DNA of 64,000 bases from Bythopirellula sp. (lineage in GTDB: Bacteria; Planctomycetota; Planctomycetia; Pirellulales; Lacipirellulaceae). Below are positions 19,373 through 28,757 of this stretch, in pieces (the first letter of the stretch is position 1; the number at the start of each line of letters is the position of its first letter). The DNA lies in the NCBI GenBank assembly GCA_965216565.1, contig OZ244170.1, positions 832,001-896,000 on the forward strand. Reading direction: 5' to 3'. Position numbers and translations under genes: made by a program. The notes below the pieces were generated by a model that was given only the letters and a program-made list of their open reading frames with translations, was not told where the DNA came from and did no database searches.

Positions 19373-19780
19373 CGAATCGCCTTTTTTTCGCTGTTCCGGT
19401 TGCGGGGCATCGCGGGGGCAGTTGCCAGTGCTGCCTGTTCTACGTCAATAGTGCCGGGAGCGTCCACCCAGGTCTCAACTTCCTCGGAAATCACAGTGAG
19501 TTTCCAGGCTAAGACGTATCGACAGCGACAGAAGTTCCCACCTGGTAACAAGTTGCGTTTCGGCAACGTTCCCCGTCGGTCGTTGTTTTTTTGAAACCCC
19601 CAGCGGTCGCTCTGGCTCTGGAGAACCCTTCGATTGGTCAGAAAAAGACGGGCGTAGGGCGGTTGTCTGAAGTACGTTTTCCTTGGCATGCAGTATGCAG
19701 CAAAGTACGCAGGTGAGTGCCCCCAGCCAACCCTCCCCCGTCGCCTGCAGCCAGTCGCCTATTCTCCAGAGGTAATTTTA

Positions 19781-21193
19781 GTGGTAGCACCAACCGACTT
19801 TCGGGTTCGCACACATCGTTCACTGGTGGACGTCGCCTATCGGCTCATTGATGCAGCGTCCATCTTGGCGGCAGCCCTCGTGGCGACTCGTTACACCGAT
19901 AACGAGCATCTAGAGAATCTGGCATTTGTCGGTGCCACTACGCTCGTCGTTCATGCGTTAATGATCGAAATCAGTGGCTTGTACCGTAGCTGGCGTGGCT
20001 CGCGGTTGGGAACGGAACTGTGGTGCGTATTGATCAACTGGCTCTACACGGCTCCGGCTGTGTTGGGCATCGGTCTGCTCACCCAAGTCAATGCGGGGTT
20101 CAGTTACCGAACAAAGGTAGTCTGGCTCATCGTCACGCCGCTCGCCATGATGAGCGGTCGCGTCCTACTCCGCGGGTTGTTGCGCAGTCTCAGACGTCGG
20201 GGACTCAACACACGTTCGTTTGCCATTTGCGGTTCGAACAAGCTCGGCCAGCAGTTGGCGCAAAACGTGAAGAACTCACCGGAACTCGGTTTAGAATTTG
20301 CCGGCTTTTACGACGACCGTCTCGAAGGCCGCACACCAGAAGATGTCCGCCAGCAAAGCCCTAGTGCCGGAAATCTTGATGAACTGGTCGAAATGGCGCG
20401 GACCGGCGCTGTCGACATGGTGTTCATCACTTTTCCGATGAGAGCCGAAGAGCGAATCCAAAAAGTGCTGGATCGGCTGGGCGATTCCACCGCGTCGGTC
20501 TACATAGTGCCCGACTTCTTTGTGTTTCAGATGTTGCATGCCCGTTGGAATCAAATCGACGGCCTGCCTGTTGTCAGCGTATTTGAAACTCCGATTGCCG
20601 GAATCGATGGTGCTCTTAAGCGAGGGTTCGATGTGGTCGTGTCTTCGCTGTTGCTACTGATACTTGCGCTGCCGATGGCCCTGCTTGCCTTGCTGGTTAA
20701 GCTAACTTCGCCGGGGCCAGTTTTGTTTCGTCAGAAACGCTATGGGCTGTCGGGTGAAGAAATTGGCGTCTGGAAGTTTCGTTCGATGCGCTGCTGTGAC
20801 AACGGGAGCCAAGTTCGCCAAGCGACCAAGAACGACAGCCGCATCACGCCGCTGGGTGGAATATTGCGAAAGACTTCGCTCGACGAATTGCCTCAGTTAT
20901 TCAATGTGCTTGCCGGCGATATGTCGCTCGTTGGACCGCGACCTCACGCCTCGGCCCACAACGAAGAATATCGTCAATTGATCGATGGCTACATGCTCCG
21001 CCACAAGGTGAAACCAGGCATCACGGGACTTGCCCAGGTGAACGGTTGGCGGGGCGAGACCGAGACGCTCGAAAAAATGCAACGTCGCGTCGAGTACGAT
21101 CACCGCTACATTCGCGAATGGTCGCTATGGATGGACGTGAAGATATTGCTAAAGACGGCAACCGTAGTGTTCCAACAGGAGAATGCCTACTAG
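19781..21193 (+). CDS. wcaJ: Undecaprenyl-phosphate glucose phosphotransferase
   Basis: 4-5 N-terminal TMs, Rossmann-like central domain, KFRSM, RKTSLDELPQ, DMSLVGPRP, VKPGITGLAQV; start at GTG 19781 (GAGG RBS) is uncertain, ORF open from 19688. Confidence 0.9.
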   Translation: MVAPTDFRVRTHRSLVDVAYRLIDAASILAAALVATRYTDNEHLENLAFVGATTLVVHALMIEISGLYRSWRGSRLGTELWCVLINWLYTAPAVLGIGLLTQVNAGFSYRTKVVWLIVTPLAMMSGRVLLRGLLRSLRRRGLNTRSFAICGSNKLGQQLAQNVKNSPELGLEFAGFYDDRLEGRTPEDVRQQSPSAGNLDELVEMARTGAVDMVFITFPMRAEERIQKVLDRLGDSTASVYIVPDFFVFQMLHARWNQIDGLPVVSVFETPIAGIDGALKRGFDVVVSSLLLLILALPMALLALLVKLTSPGPVLFRQKRYGLSGEEIGVWKFRSMRCCDNGSQVRQATKNDSRITPLGGILRKTSLDELPQLFNVLAGDMSLVGPRPHASAHNEEYRQLIDGYMLRHKVKPGITGLAQVNGWRGETETLEKMQRRVEYDHRYIREWSLWMDVKILLKTATVVFQQENAY

Positions 21194-21321
21194 GCACAGG
21201 AGCACAGAGGTCGTGGCGAGCCGAGTCGTCCCCGACCACGGCTCTCTTGCAGTTCTTATCTTAATCTCTCAGCAAGCAAATTCAAACTGTTGCGTCCGGC
21301 AGGGTCGTAACAGGGAGAGGC

Positions 21322-21357
21322 ACCGGAGGTTCCGGCAGGGGAACCTCCGGTTTTTTT
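21322..21357 (+). terminator. Rho-independent terminator downstream of wcaJ
   Basis: ACCGGAGGTTCC-loop-GGAACCTCCGGT followed by a T run. Confidence 0.8.
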
Positions 21358-21478
21358 GTGCGCAGTCTGGAGAGTATCGGAGTCGCCAAGATATTCCGGT
21401 ACATGCTACTAATGAGAATCGGTACAATTCCCTAGCTTAAGTTGGCACTTTAGATAAGACCCAAAGGCAGGAGACTCG

Positions 21479-21907
21479 ATGACTCCGACGAAAACTATTG
21501 CCACCAGCAATACGATTATGCCACGCCACCTGGCAGCAATCTTCGACAACATGCTTGCCGCCATAGTAGGTCTACTTGCCGCGCAATATCTCATTGACAA
21601 GGATCACTACCAAATTCAACTGGTTTTTTTCGTTGTTGCTTATTTGGCTTACTTTTTCCTATTCGAGTTGTCTATTTCGCGAACGCCGGGAAAAATGCTG
21701 ACAGGTCTGGTTATCGTGCGCAAGGATGGCAGTCGGATTTCGACCTTTGATGTGGTGTTGCGAACAGTACTTCGGCTAATTGAAGTAAATCCAGCTTTCT
21801 TGGGTTATGCGCCTGCTGCACTCAGCATCATTTTTTCTAAGCACCACCAGCGCTTCGGCGATCGACTTGCGGGCACGATCGTGGTTCCCCCGAACCGAAT
21901 CGCGTAA
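21479..21907 (+). CDS. RDD family membrane protein
   Basis: RHLAAIFD, TPGKMLTGL, QRFGDRLAGTIVV; AGGAG RBS. Confidence 0.88.
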   Translation: MTPTKTIATSNTIMPRHLAAIFDNMLAAIVGLLAAQYLIDKDHYQIQLVFFVVAYLAYFFLFELSISRTPGKMLTGLVIVRKDGSRISTFDVVLRTVLRLIEVNPAFLGYAPAALSIIFSKHHQRFGDRLAGTIVVPPNRIA

Positions 21908-21946
21908 GCAGCGAAGGGCTTCTGTTTTTTGCGTTAGCAGAGTAGC

Positions 21947-22486
21947 ATGGCATTCATGCCCACGTTCAATCCCACCGACTACGGCCCCGCGTTCGAGCAG
22001 ATTTTGGACGGCGATCGGCTGCGCTCATTGGGCGAAGGCAGCCCGGATGACGACAGGGGGGAGATTCTCGCCACGCTTTCTCTCGACGTGGCCTTTGGTC
22101 ATGCCAAGGTGTCGGACGAATCGCACGCCGAATGTTGTCTGGCTGGGGCGTGGCTGCTGGGCGACTTTCTCGACAAGTCCCACGACATTAGCCAGGGCAT
22201 CCACAACCCGTCGGGCAGCTTCTGGCATGGCATTATGCATCGCCGCGAGGGTGATTTCTCGAATGCCAAATATTGGTTCCGCAAGGTGGGCGACCATCCG
22301 ATCTTCGATCAACTCGGCCTCGAAGCGGGGCAAAACGAGTGGGATCCGTTCGAATTCGTCGACAACTGCAAACATGCTGAGCGCAATGGCGGAGCCGAGC
22401 AGAGGCGCTATATGGAACTGCAGCAACTGGAATGGGAACTGTTGTTCGACTATTGCTATGCCCAGGCCATCGGACGCGATGCGTGA
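21947..22486 (+). CDS. Conserved hypothetical protein
   Basis: SH.ISQ, WHGIMHRREGDFSNAKYWF, WDPFEFVD, EWELLFDYC conserved-looking blocks. Confidence 0.8.
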   Translation: MAFMPTFNPTDYGPAFEQILDGDRLRSLGEGSPDDDRGEILATLSLDVAFGHAKVSDESHAECCLAGAWLLGDFLDKSHDISQGIHNPSGSFWHGIMHRREGDFSNAKYWFRKVGDHPIFDQLGLEAGQNEWDPFEFVDNCKHAERNGGAEQRRYMELQQLEWELLFDYCYAQAIGRDA

Positions 22487-22668
22487 CCACTTGAAAGTGC
22501 CATGCAAAAGCCGATACTAGGAGCTTACCTGCTGCTTAACCCTCCTCCGAATGCACGAGCGTTCGGTATTTCGAATTCGGATTCAGGATTCCCGAAGAGT
22601 GGAATCCCTAGGTTTTGATCCGCAAGTCGAGTCCCACATTCTCAATGTTATTGAAAGGATACCCCCCC

Positions 22669-23187
22669 ATGTCCCGTTCCGGAGCCGTTACTTTTAAGGG
22701 CAACCCTATGGACCTCGCTGGCGAGGCAGTGACTGTCGGCCAGGATGCTCCTGACTTCAAGCTGAACTACTTTAAGGATGGCATGCAGGAACTGACGCTT
22801 GCCGATCTCAAGGGTAAGCCCACCATCTTGAGCGTGGTTCCCTCGCTCGATACGCCCGTTTGTGCGACACAGACGAAAAAGTTCAATGAAAGTCTGGCCG
22901 AGCATGGCGAGAAAATTAATGCCGTCACCGTGAGCCTTGATTTGCCATTTGCGATGAACCGCTTTTGCGGGGCTGAGAATATCACCAACATTCAACCAGC
23001 CAGCGATTATCAAGATCGTCAATTTGGCGAGAGCTACGGCACGCTGCTGGAAGGTTTGAAGATTCATGCTCGCGCGATCTTCGTACTCGATTCGGCCGGC
23101 AAAGTGACTTACGTCGAGTACGTGCCCGAGGTGACGGATGAGCCCAATTACGATGCAGCTCTAGATGCACTGAAGTCTCAGCTTTAG
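22669..23187 (+). CDS. tpx: Thiol peroxidase (atypical 2-Cys peroxiredoxin)
   Basis: VTFKGNP, PSLDTPVC, SLDLPFA..RFC, EPNYDAAL; GAAAGGA RBS. Confidence 0.95.
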   Translation: MSRSGAVTFKGNPMDLAGEAVTVGQDAPDFKLNYFKDGMQELTLADLKGKPTILSVVPSLDTPVCATQTKKFNESLAEHGEKINAVTVSLDLPFAMNRFCGAENITNIQPASDYQDRQFGESYGTLLEGLKIHARAIFVLDSAGKVTYVEYVPEVTDEPNYDAALDALKSQL

Positions 23188-23268
23188 TCCGAGTGGGACA
23201 TACCCCGATTAGGCCTCGCCCCCATGGGGCGAGTCACTAGTTGCTACGTCTATATTGAAAGGTTTTTG

Positions 23269-24003
23269 ATGAAAGTTTCTCAGTGCCTATTGGCGGAGGC
23301 GATTGGTACTTTCTTCCTTTGCTTCGCTGGTATTGCATCGATCCTCAGTATGCAGGCCCCCATTAACAATGGGGCGGGCATCGTGGGTGTTGCGTTGGCC
23401 CACGGGCTAGCGCTGGCGGTTGGGGTCAATGCTTTCGGCGGAATTAGCGGTGCGCATTTCAATCCAGCCGTGACGCTGGGCATGTTGGTCACCAACAGGA
23501 TCAAACCCGATCTTGCAGTGCAATACATCCTGACGCAATTACTTAGTGCGAGTGTGGCCGCCTACGCGTGTGCCCAGTTTTTTCCACCTGAAGCTGTAGA
23601 GGCTGCTAAACTTGGCATCCCGTTGCCGAGTACCATCAATATGCCAGGTACAGAAGGTGCCTGGCTGACGACGCCCGTCCTGTTGGCCGTGGAGTTTGTG
23701 CTGTCGTTTATGCTGATGATTGCAATCTATGGCACTGCGATTGATCCGAGAGGCGCGGGCGTAAAGATCGGTGGATTTGGGATCGGTTTTGCGGTTAGTT
23801 TCGACATCTTGGCCGGTGGAGCCATCACAGGAGCTTCGATGAATCCGGCCCGCTCGTTTGGTCCGGCTTTGGTGTATCAGTTCACCGGTGGCGAAGGCGC
23901 CTTCGATTTGCACTGGTGCTATTGGGTGGCACCCATTGCCGGGGTCATTACTGCGGCACTAGTTTATGAACACTTGATTCTTGAGAGTAATGAAAATGGG
24001 TAG
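23269..24003 (+). CDS. Aquaporin / MIP channel
   Basis: AEAIGTF, SGAHFNPAVT, GASMNPARSFGPA, WCYWVAP. Confidence 0.95.
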   Translation: MKVSQCLLAEAIGTFFLCFAGIASILSMQAPINNGAGIVGVALAHGLALAVGVNAFGGISGAHFNPAVTLGMLVTNRIKPDLAVQYILTQLLSASVAAYACAQFFPPEAVEAAKLGIPLPSTINMPGTEGAWLTTPVLLAVEFVLSFMLMIAIYGTAIDPRGAGVKIGGFGIGFAVSFDILAGGAITGASMNPARSFGPALVYQFTGGEGAFDLHWCYWVAPIAGVITAALVYEHLILESNENG

Positions 24004-25420
24004 GTTGATTGTTATTGTGATTGTTTTGGTTGGCATTGCGCTATTCATTAACAATATGAAGCCACGCGAAGGTGGCCCTGCTGCCGAGGAAGAACCGAAG
24101 CAGGCCGAATCTGCTGAGCAGGCCGACGATAGTTCCAAGGAAGCAGCTCCCACTAAAGAAGAGGCGGAGACGCCGACTTCGGAGGATACGACAACCGAGA
24201 AGCCCCTTGCTGAGGAACCCATTGCTGAGGAACCCGCTGAGGAGCCCGCTGAGGAAGTTGTGAACCTTGGCGAGGTCGACTTGATAACGGGGATTTCTGG
24301 CACAGGGGATCTATCTGGCGATGAGATCGACAAGTGGCTCGACAATAAGCAGAACCACGCGGTTCTGAAACCTGAATTGCCGCTAGGCCTCGCTGCCGGG
24401 GCGGCGATGATTACCGGGATCGAAGCCAATCCAATGACCCGGGCAAAGATTGAATTGGGGCGTCAGCTGTATTTTGATAAACGTCTCTCGCACGACGAAA
24501 CCATCAGTTGCGCCACTTGCCATGATCCCGAGGCAGGTTATGCCAAGGAAACCCAGTTCGGTGAGGGCATCGGAGGTCAGAAGGGCAATCGGAATTCGCC
24601 GGTGGCCTATAACCGAATTCTAAGTGACGCCCAGTTTTGGGATGGCCGGGCAAAGACGCTTGAAGAGCAAGCGGTGGGCCCCATCGCCAATCCCATCGAA
24701 ATGGGCAATACCCACGAGGCATGTGTGGCATCGATCAAGGACATCGATGGCTACGTCAAGCAATTTGACAGAATCTTCAACGACGGCGTGACGATTGACA
24801 ACATCGGCAAAGCCTTGGCCACCTTTGAACGGACCTTGGTAACTGGTCCTGCACCATGGGACTATTTCGAGCAGCTCGATCGGTTTGAAAAGGCCTACGC
24901 TGACGATATTGAAGATCTAGACTACCTCAAGGAAGATGATCCCGAACTGTACGATGAATACATGGCTCTTAAGGAAGCAAGTGAAGCCCATCCGATTAGC
25001 GAGAGTGCCATTCGCGGCGGTAAGCTGTTTTTCAGCGACAAATCGGGCTGCACCGCTTGCCATCTGGGCGCCAACTTTACGGATGAAAAGTATCACAACT
25101 TGGGCGTGGGCATGGAAGTTGACGAACCAGACCTGGGGCGCTATGTCGTGACGGAAGTCGATGCCGACCGTGGAGCGTTTAAGACGCCGACCGTCAGGAA
25201 TGTTTCCCTCACCGCACCCTACATGCACGACGGTTCGCAGAAATCGTTGCTGGAGGTCGTCGAGTGGTATGTCAAAGGGGGCCATCCCAACGAGCACCTC
25301 GACAAGAACGTAAAGAAACTGGATCTGACCGATCAAGAGAAGGAAGATCTAGTAGCGTTCATGGCGGAGGGTCTGCTGAGTGAGTTTCCCGAAGTGGAAA
25401 CAGGTCGGCTCCCGAAGTAG
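23996..25420 (+). CDS. Di-heme cytochrome c peroxidase / MauG family with N-terminal anchor and acidic linker
   Basis: LGRQLYFDKRLS, CATCH, QFWDGRA, CTACH, FKTPTVRNV...PYMHDG; start overlaps the aquaporin stop. Confidence 0.92.
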   Translation: MGRLIVIVIVLVGIALFINNMKPREGGPAAEEEPKQAESAEQADDSSKEAAPTKEEAETPTSEDTTTEKPLAEEPIAEEPAEEPAEEVVNLGEVDLITGISGTGDLSGDEIDKWLDNKQNHAVLKPELPLGLAAGAAMITGIEANPMTRAKIELGRQLYFDKRLSHDETISCATCHDPEAGYAKETQFGEGIGGQKGNRNSPVAYNRILSDAQFWDGRAKTLEEQAVGPIANPIEMGNTHEACVASIKDIDGYVKQFDRIFNDGVTIDNIGKALATFERTLVTGPAPWDYFEQLDRFEKAYADDIEDLDYLKEDDPELYDEYMALKEASEAHPISESAIRGGKLFFSDKSGCTACHLGANFTDEKYHNLGVGMEVDEPDLGRYVVTEVDADRGAFKTPTVRNVSLTAPYMHDGSQKSLLEVVEWYVKGGHPNEHLDKNVKKLDLTDQEKEDLVAFMAEGLLSEFPEVETGRLPK

Positions 25421-25485
25421 CTCCAGAGATCTCGCGGAAGCGCACCGGGTCTGACTGGCGTCCTTTGTTGGTTGCCTGGCGTCTC

Positions 25486-25959
25486 TTATTCGCTATCGAC
25501 CACGTGGGCGTCGATTACCTTGGCATCGATAACCTTCGCATCAATGATCGTCGATTTGCCCGGGGGTGGGGCGTCTGATTGCGTGGTGTGCGTTCGCACG
25601 ACAAATTTCTTGGCGAGCCAATACTTCAAGGCTTTCGTCACGATCATGCGAATTGGCGGGATCAGCAACGACAAACCCACAATATCGGTCAACACACCGG
25701 GGGTGATCAGCAGCATTCCCGCGGCAAAGATGAGAAAGCCATCGCCAATGGCACCGGCGGGAATCATTCCCTGCCGCATCTCGCGTTGCACGCGCTGTAT
25801 CGCCTGAAAGCCCTGCCAGCGTGCAAGGGCCGCTCCGACAATGCCCGTGCCTAGCACGAGTACGATGGTGTTCATGATCCCCAACTTCCCACTGAGCTGC
25901 GCCAGCAGCCAGATTTCCACAACGGGAATCACAGTGAATAGGAATAAGAGCTGGAACAT
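25486..25959 (-). CDS. fxsA: FxsA family membrane protein
   Basis: IPVVEIWLL, GAALARWQG, LLITPGVLTDIVG. Confidence 0.9.
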   Translation of the reverse strand: MFQLLFLFTVIPVVEIWLLAQLSGKLGIMNTIVLVLGTGIVGAALARWQGFQAIQRVQREMRQGMIPAGAIGDGFLIFAAGMLLITPGVLTDIVGLSLLIPPIRMIVTKALKYWLAKKFVVRTHTTQSDAPPPGKSTIIDAKVIDAKVIDAHVVDSE

Positions 25960-26165
25960 GAATGAACTCTATCGGGAATTCTAATAAACGTTCCCAAACG
26001 CGGAGCGTAATGACGGCTACTACTGTAGCTGAGCAAGTTCACTGCATTTCCCGTTGAAGTCACCTAGGACATGTGCCCCGGAAAACGCAATGACCCGAAA
26101 AACGCAATGAAATGTTGCTTCAATCCTAGAGGCAGAGTGCCAGAAAACAATAGCGATTCGACTTG

Positions 26166-26193
26166 TTGAGAAATGTGTACAGATGTATAGTAT
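26166..26193 (+). promoter_or_regulatory. sigma70-like promoter overlapped by a CTGT-N8-ACAG-like palindrome (candidate SOS box)
   Basis: TTGAGA (26166-71), 16-bp spacer, TAGTAT (26188-93); GTGTACAGATGTATAG at 26175-26190. Confidence 0.5.
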
Positions 26194-26197
26194 TTCC

Positions 26198-27289
26198 ATG
26201 GAGTCTTCAAATCACCACCCCAGGACGGCCAAAGGTCGTGGTGCGAACGGCCAACCAGCGAATCGTTTTCTCGCTGTTCGCCAGGAACTTGATCTGGAAC
26301 AAGTTGCCGACGACGAAGAATTCCTGGCCCACTTAGGCAAACCGGCGACTACTTATCTCCCTGACGAGTCGCAAACGATAGTTACCACAAACAACAGTCC
26401 TGACATCACGTTCCGCTATAGCATCAATCCCTACCGTGGCTGTGCCCATGGATGCAGTTATTGCTACGCGAGGCCGACCCACGAATACTTGGGATTGAGT
26501 GCGGGCCTCGATTTTGAAACTAAGGTAATGGTCAAGTACCGTGCCGCTGAGCTATTTGCCGATTGGCTTGCCCGACCGGCTTGGAAGCCTGAGCAGATTG
26601 TATTTTCGGGCGTGACCGACTGTTATCAGCCGGTGGAGCGAGAGTTAAAACTCACGCGAGGTTGTTTGCAGATTGCCGCGGAGTGCCGCCAGCCCGTTGG
26701 GATGATAACCAAGAATGCTCTGGTAACACGCGACCTCGATTTGCTTTCCGACCTGGCCAGAAACAATTGCGTACGAGTCGCTATGAGCATTACCTCGCTC
26801 GACGCAAGTTTAGCCCGCGTGCTAGAACCGCAAACGAGTTCCCCCCGGGCCAGATTGCGAGCATTGGAAGAGTTGAACGCTGCCGGGGTACCCACGCTAG
26901 TCATGGTCGCCCCCGTGATCCCGGGACTCAACGATAGCGAGATCCCCGCGATTCTCGAAGCGGTGGCTGAGGCCGGCGCAGGTGGAGCTGCATTTACGTT
27001 GTTGCGATTGCCCTGGTCCGTCCGTGAGGTGTTCTTTCATTGGCTAGAACGATGGGTGCCTGACAAGGCCGACAAAGTGAAGACGCTAATTCGTTCGACA
27101 CGCAATGGCCGCGACAACGACCCCGAGTTTGGCAACCGCATGCGAGGCCAGGGGCCGTTTGCGGAGCAATTGGCAGCGACATTCAAGGTCTTCTCCCGAA
27201 AGTACGGGCTCGACAAGCAGCAATCCCCGCTCGACGGCTCACAATTCCGCCCGCCCCGACGATCGGGTCAGCAGCTAGACTTGTTCTGA
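26198..27289 (+). CDS. PA0069-family radical SAM protein (SplB-like, DNA-repair associated)
   Basis: KGRGA, SINPYRGCAHGCSYCYARPTHEYLG, SGVTDCYQP, C-terminal QLDLF clamp-binding-like motif. Confidence 0.93.
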   Translation: MESSNHHPRTAKGRGANGQPANRFLAVRQELDLEQVADDEEFLAHLGKPATTYLPDESQTIVTTNNSPDITFRYSINPYRGCAHGCSYCYARPTHEYLGLSAGLDFETKVMVKYRAAELFADWLARPAWKPEQIVFSGVTDCYQPVERELKLTRGCLQIAAECRQPVGMITKNALVTRDLDLLSDLARNNCVRVAMSITSLDASLARVLEPQTSSPRARLRALEELNAAGVPTLVMVAPVIPGLNDSEIPAILEAVAEAGAGGAAFTLLRLPWSVREVFFHWLERWVPDKADKVKTLIRSTRNGRDNDPEFGNRMRGQGPFAEQLAATFKVFSRKYGLDKQQSPLDGSQFRPPRRSGQQLDLF

Positions 27290-27319
27290 ACTCAGGAATG
27301 TCTAGCCGATGAAAGCAAC

Positions 27320-27352
27320 AAAAAAAGCCCGAGGCACGAAGCCTCGGGCTTT
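27320..27352 (-). terminator. Intrinsic terminator between convergent genes
   Basis: A-run, AAAGCCCGAGGC-ACGAA-GCCTCGGGCTTT. Confidence 0.85.
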
Positions 27353-27379
27353 GATGTTTGCTAGTGCGAACGACCAATC

Positions 27380-28300
27380 CTAGTTCTTGAAATACTTAGG
27401 ATTGTTTTGATCGAAGTCCTCGTTGGTGAAGCCGTTGTTCACCTTGATATTCAAGTAGGTGTAGGCTTCTTCCAGCGGTGGTGCTTCACCCGCTTTTTCT
27501 GGCCACAGGTAGGCGGCGTAGCGGATGGGCAGCTTCAACTCGTTGTCGATGAACACTTCGGCCTTGTGAAAGCGGAAGTTTTGCCGGGGCACAGGATGTA
27601 CAACTTCGATCAACGTGACATCGCGGCCATTGATCTTGCTCGGAGAAGTTCGCACTTCGCATTCTCCGTACTGTGCGTCGTTGGTAGCGACATCGACCAA
27701 CTCGGCAGTCAGGTTGCGAACGCCCAACTTCATGATGGGATACTTCTGATCCTTCATGGCTAGGCGACCTTCGGGATCGAGTTCGAACTTACCAAAGCGT
27801 CGCTTGAACCCGCAGTCCATGGCGACCAACTTGCCATTGGTGCCGTCCATGGGATCGTTATACAGACATTCGCGGCCCTTGTTGGGCGACAAGAAAAACA
27901 TGTAAACCGCAAACGGCTTATGGCGTACTTTGATATAGGCAACTTCCTGCCCCTTCAGCGAACCGTCGATGCGTTCTTGCTTGTAGAGCATCGCGCTGTA
28001 GTCTTGGATATTCGAGTCGATGCTTCTCAGACCTTCCTGAGCAACACGCAAGGCGGGCATCAAGGGATGTTCGCCGGGGCGTTGGGCCAAGTCAAAAGGC
28101 GCTTGTGCCGCTGGGGGCGTGATGCGGGATGCCATTTGAGGAGCCTTCTCGACGGGTTCCTCATGAGCGACTCGATAGATGGGCTGTTGAAATTGGCTCT
28201 GCTGTTGCGCTCGCGCGGAGGAACAGGCAGCGGCAATGCACGTAGCTCCGACCAGCAACAACGTTGCGGGGACTCGACTGGTTGGGAGACTATAGGGCAT
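27380..28300 (-). CDS. DUF1571-like secreted protein
   Basis: Signal peptide; DYSAMLYKQERIDG, KVRHKPFAVYM, YPIMKLG, LEEAYTY; AGGAG RBS before ATG 28300. Confidence 0.82.
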   Translation of the reverse strand: MPYSLPTSRVPATLLLVGATCIAAACSSARAQQQSQFQQPIYRVAHEEPVEKAPQMASRITPPAAQAPFDLAQRPGEHPLMPALRVAQEGLRSIDSNIQDYSAMLYKQERIDGSLKGQEVAYIKVRHKPFAVYMFFLSPNKGRECLYNDPMDGTNGKLVAMDCGFKRRFGKFELDPEGRLAMKDQKYPIMKLGVRNLTAELVDVATNDAQYGECEVRTSPSKINGRDVTLIEVVHPVPRQNFRFHKAEVFIDNELKLPIRYAAYLWPEKAGEAPPLEEAYTYLNIKVNNGFTNEDFDQNNPKYFKN

Positions 28301-28757
28301 GGAAAATTCTCCTGCGGACTGGCCTGAATTACGTATTGTTGTTGCGGGGCAAATGAGCCCCAATTCTTCTAACTAATGTGCTTAGTTCAATTTCACTGCG
28401 GCGAACTTGGCACCCTTGGGTCGACGTCTATCCTCAAACGTCTTGCGTCCGGCAGCAAGTTTGCTAGCTGCGGGATAGGACATGCCTCACAAATCTAGGT
28501 GTGCAAAATGCATTCCGTCTTAGCCAGGTAAGGCAATCGGGAGAGAAACCTGTTGCGGGGCAGTGTCCAGGCGTAGTTAGAGAGATCTAGGGGGATCGGA
28601 CTATTAGTAACTATCGCCTGTCGTGGGCGAAACAATTACAATCGTTCCTACAGGATGCTTGCACGACCCAACCCTTTTATCTTCCAACTAGTCGCAAGTC
28701 TGTTGGGGGCGGAATGCTACAAGTAACACTACCTAAGGGGAAGAGGAAATTACGCAG

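Noticed and set aside
19650..19670. Possible ops/JUMPStart element upstream of wcaJ
   Set aside because: GGCGGTTG matches only partly and there is no long operon downstream
21807..22520. 237-aa alternative-frame ORF
   Set aside because: Overlaps the better-supported 21947-22486 gene; Arg/Ser-rich composition typical of a spurious frame
22562..22592. Short TTCGG(A/T)TT 7-mer run upstream of tpx
   Set aside because: Only 3-4 degenerate units and no clear inverted partner; too weak to call
28420..28480. Possible c-di-GMP-I riboswitch on the minus strand (GCAAAC...GGACGCAA) upstream of the DUF1571-like gene
   Set aside because: Lacks the GAAA-tetraloop P2 stem and a recognisable P3; an Infernal/Rfam scan would decide
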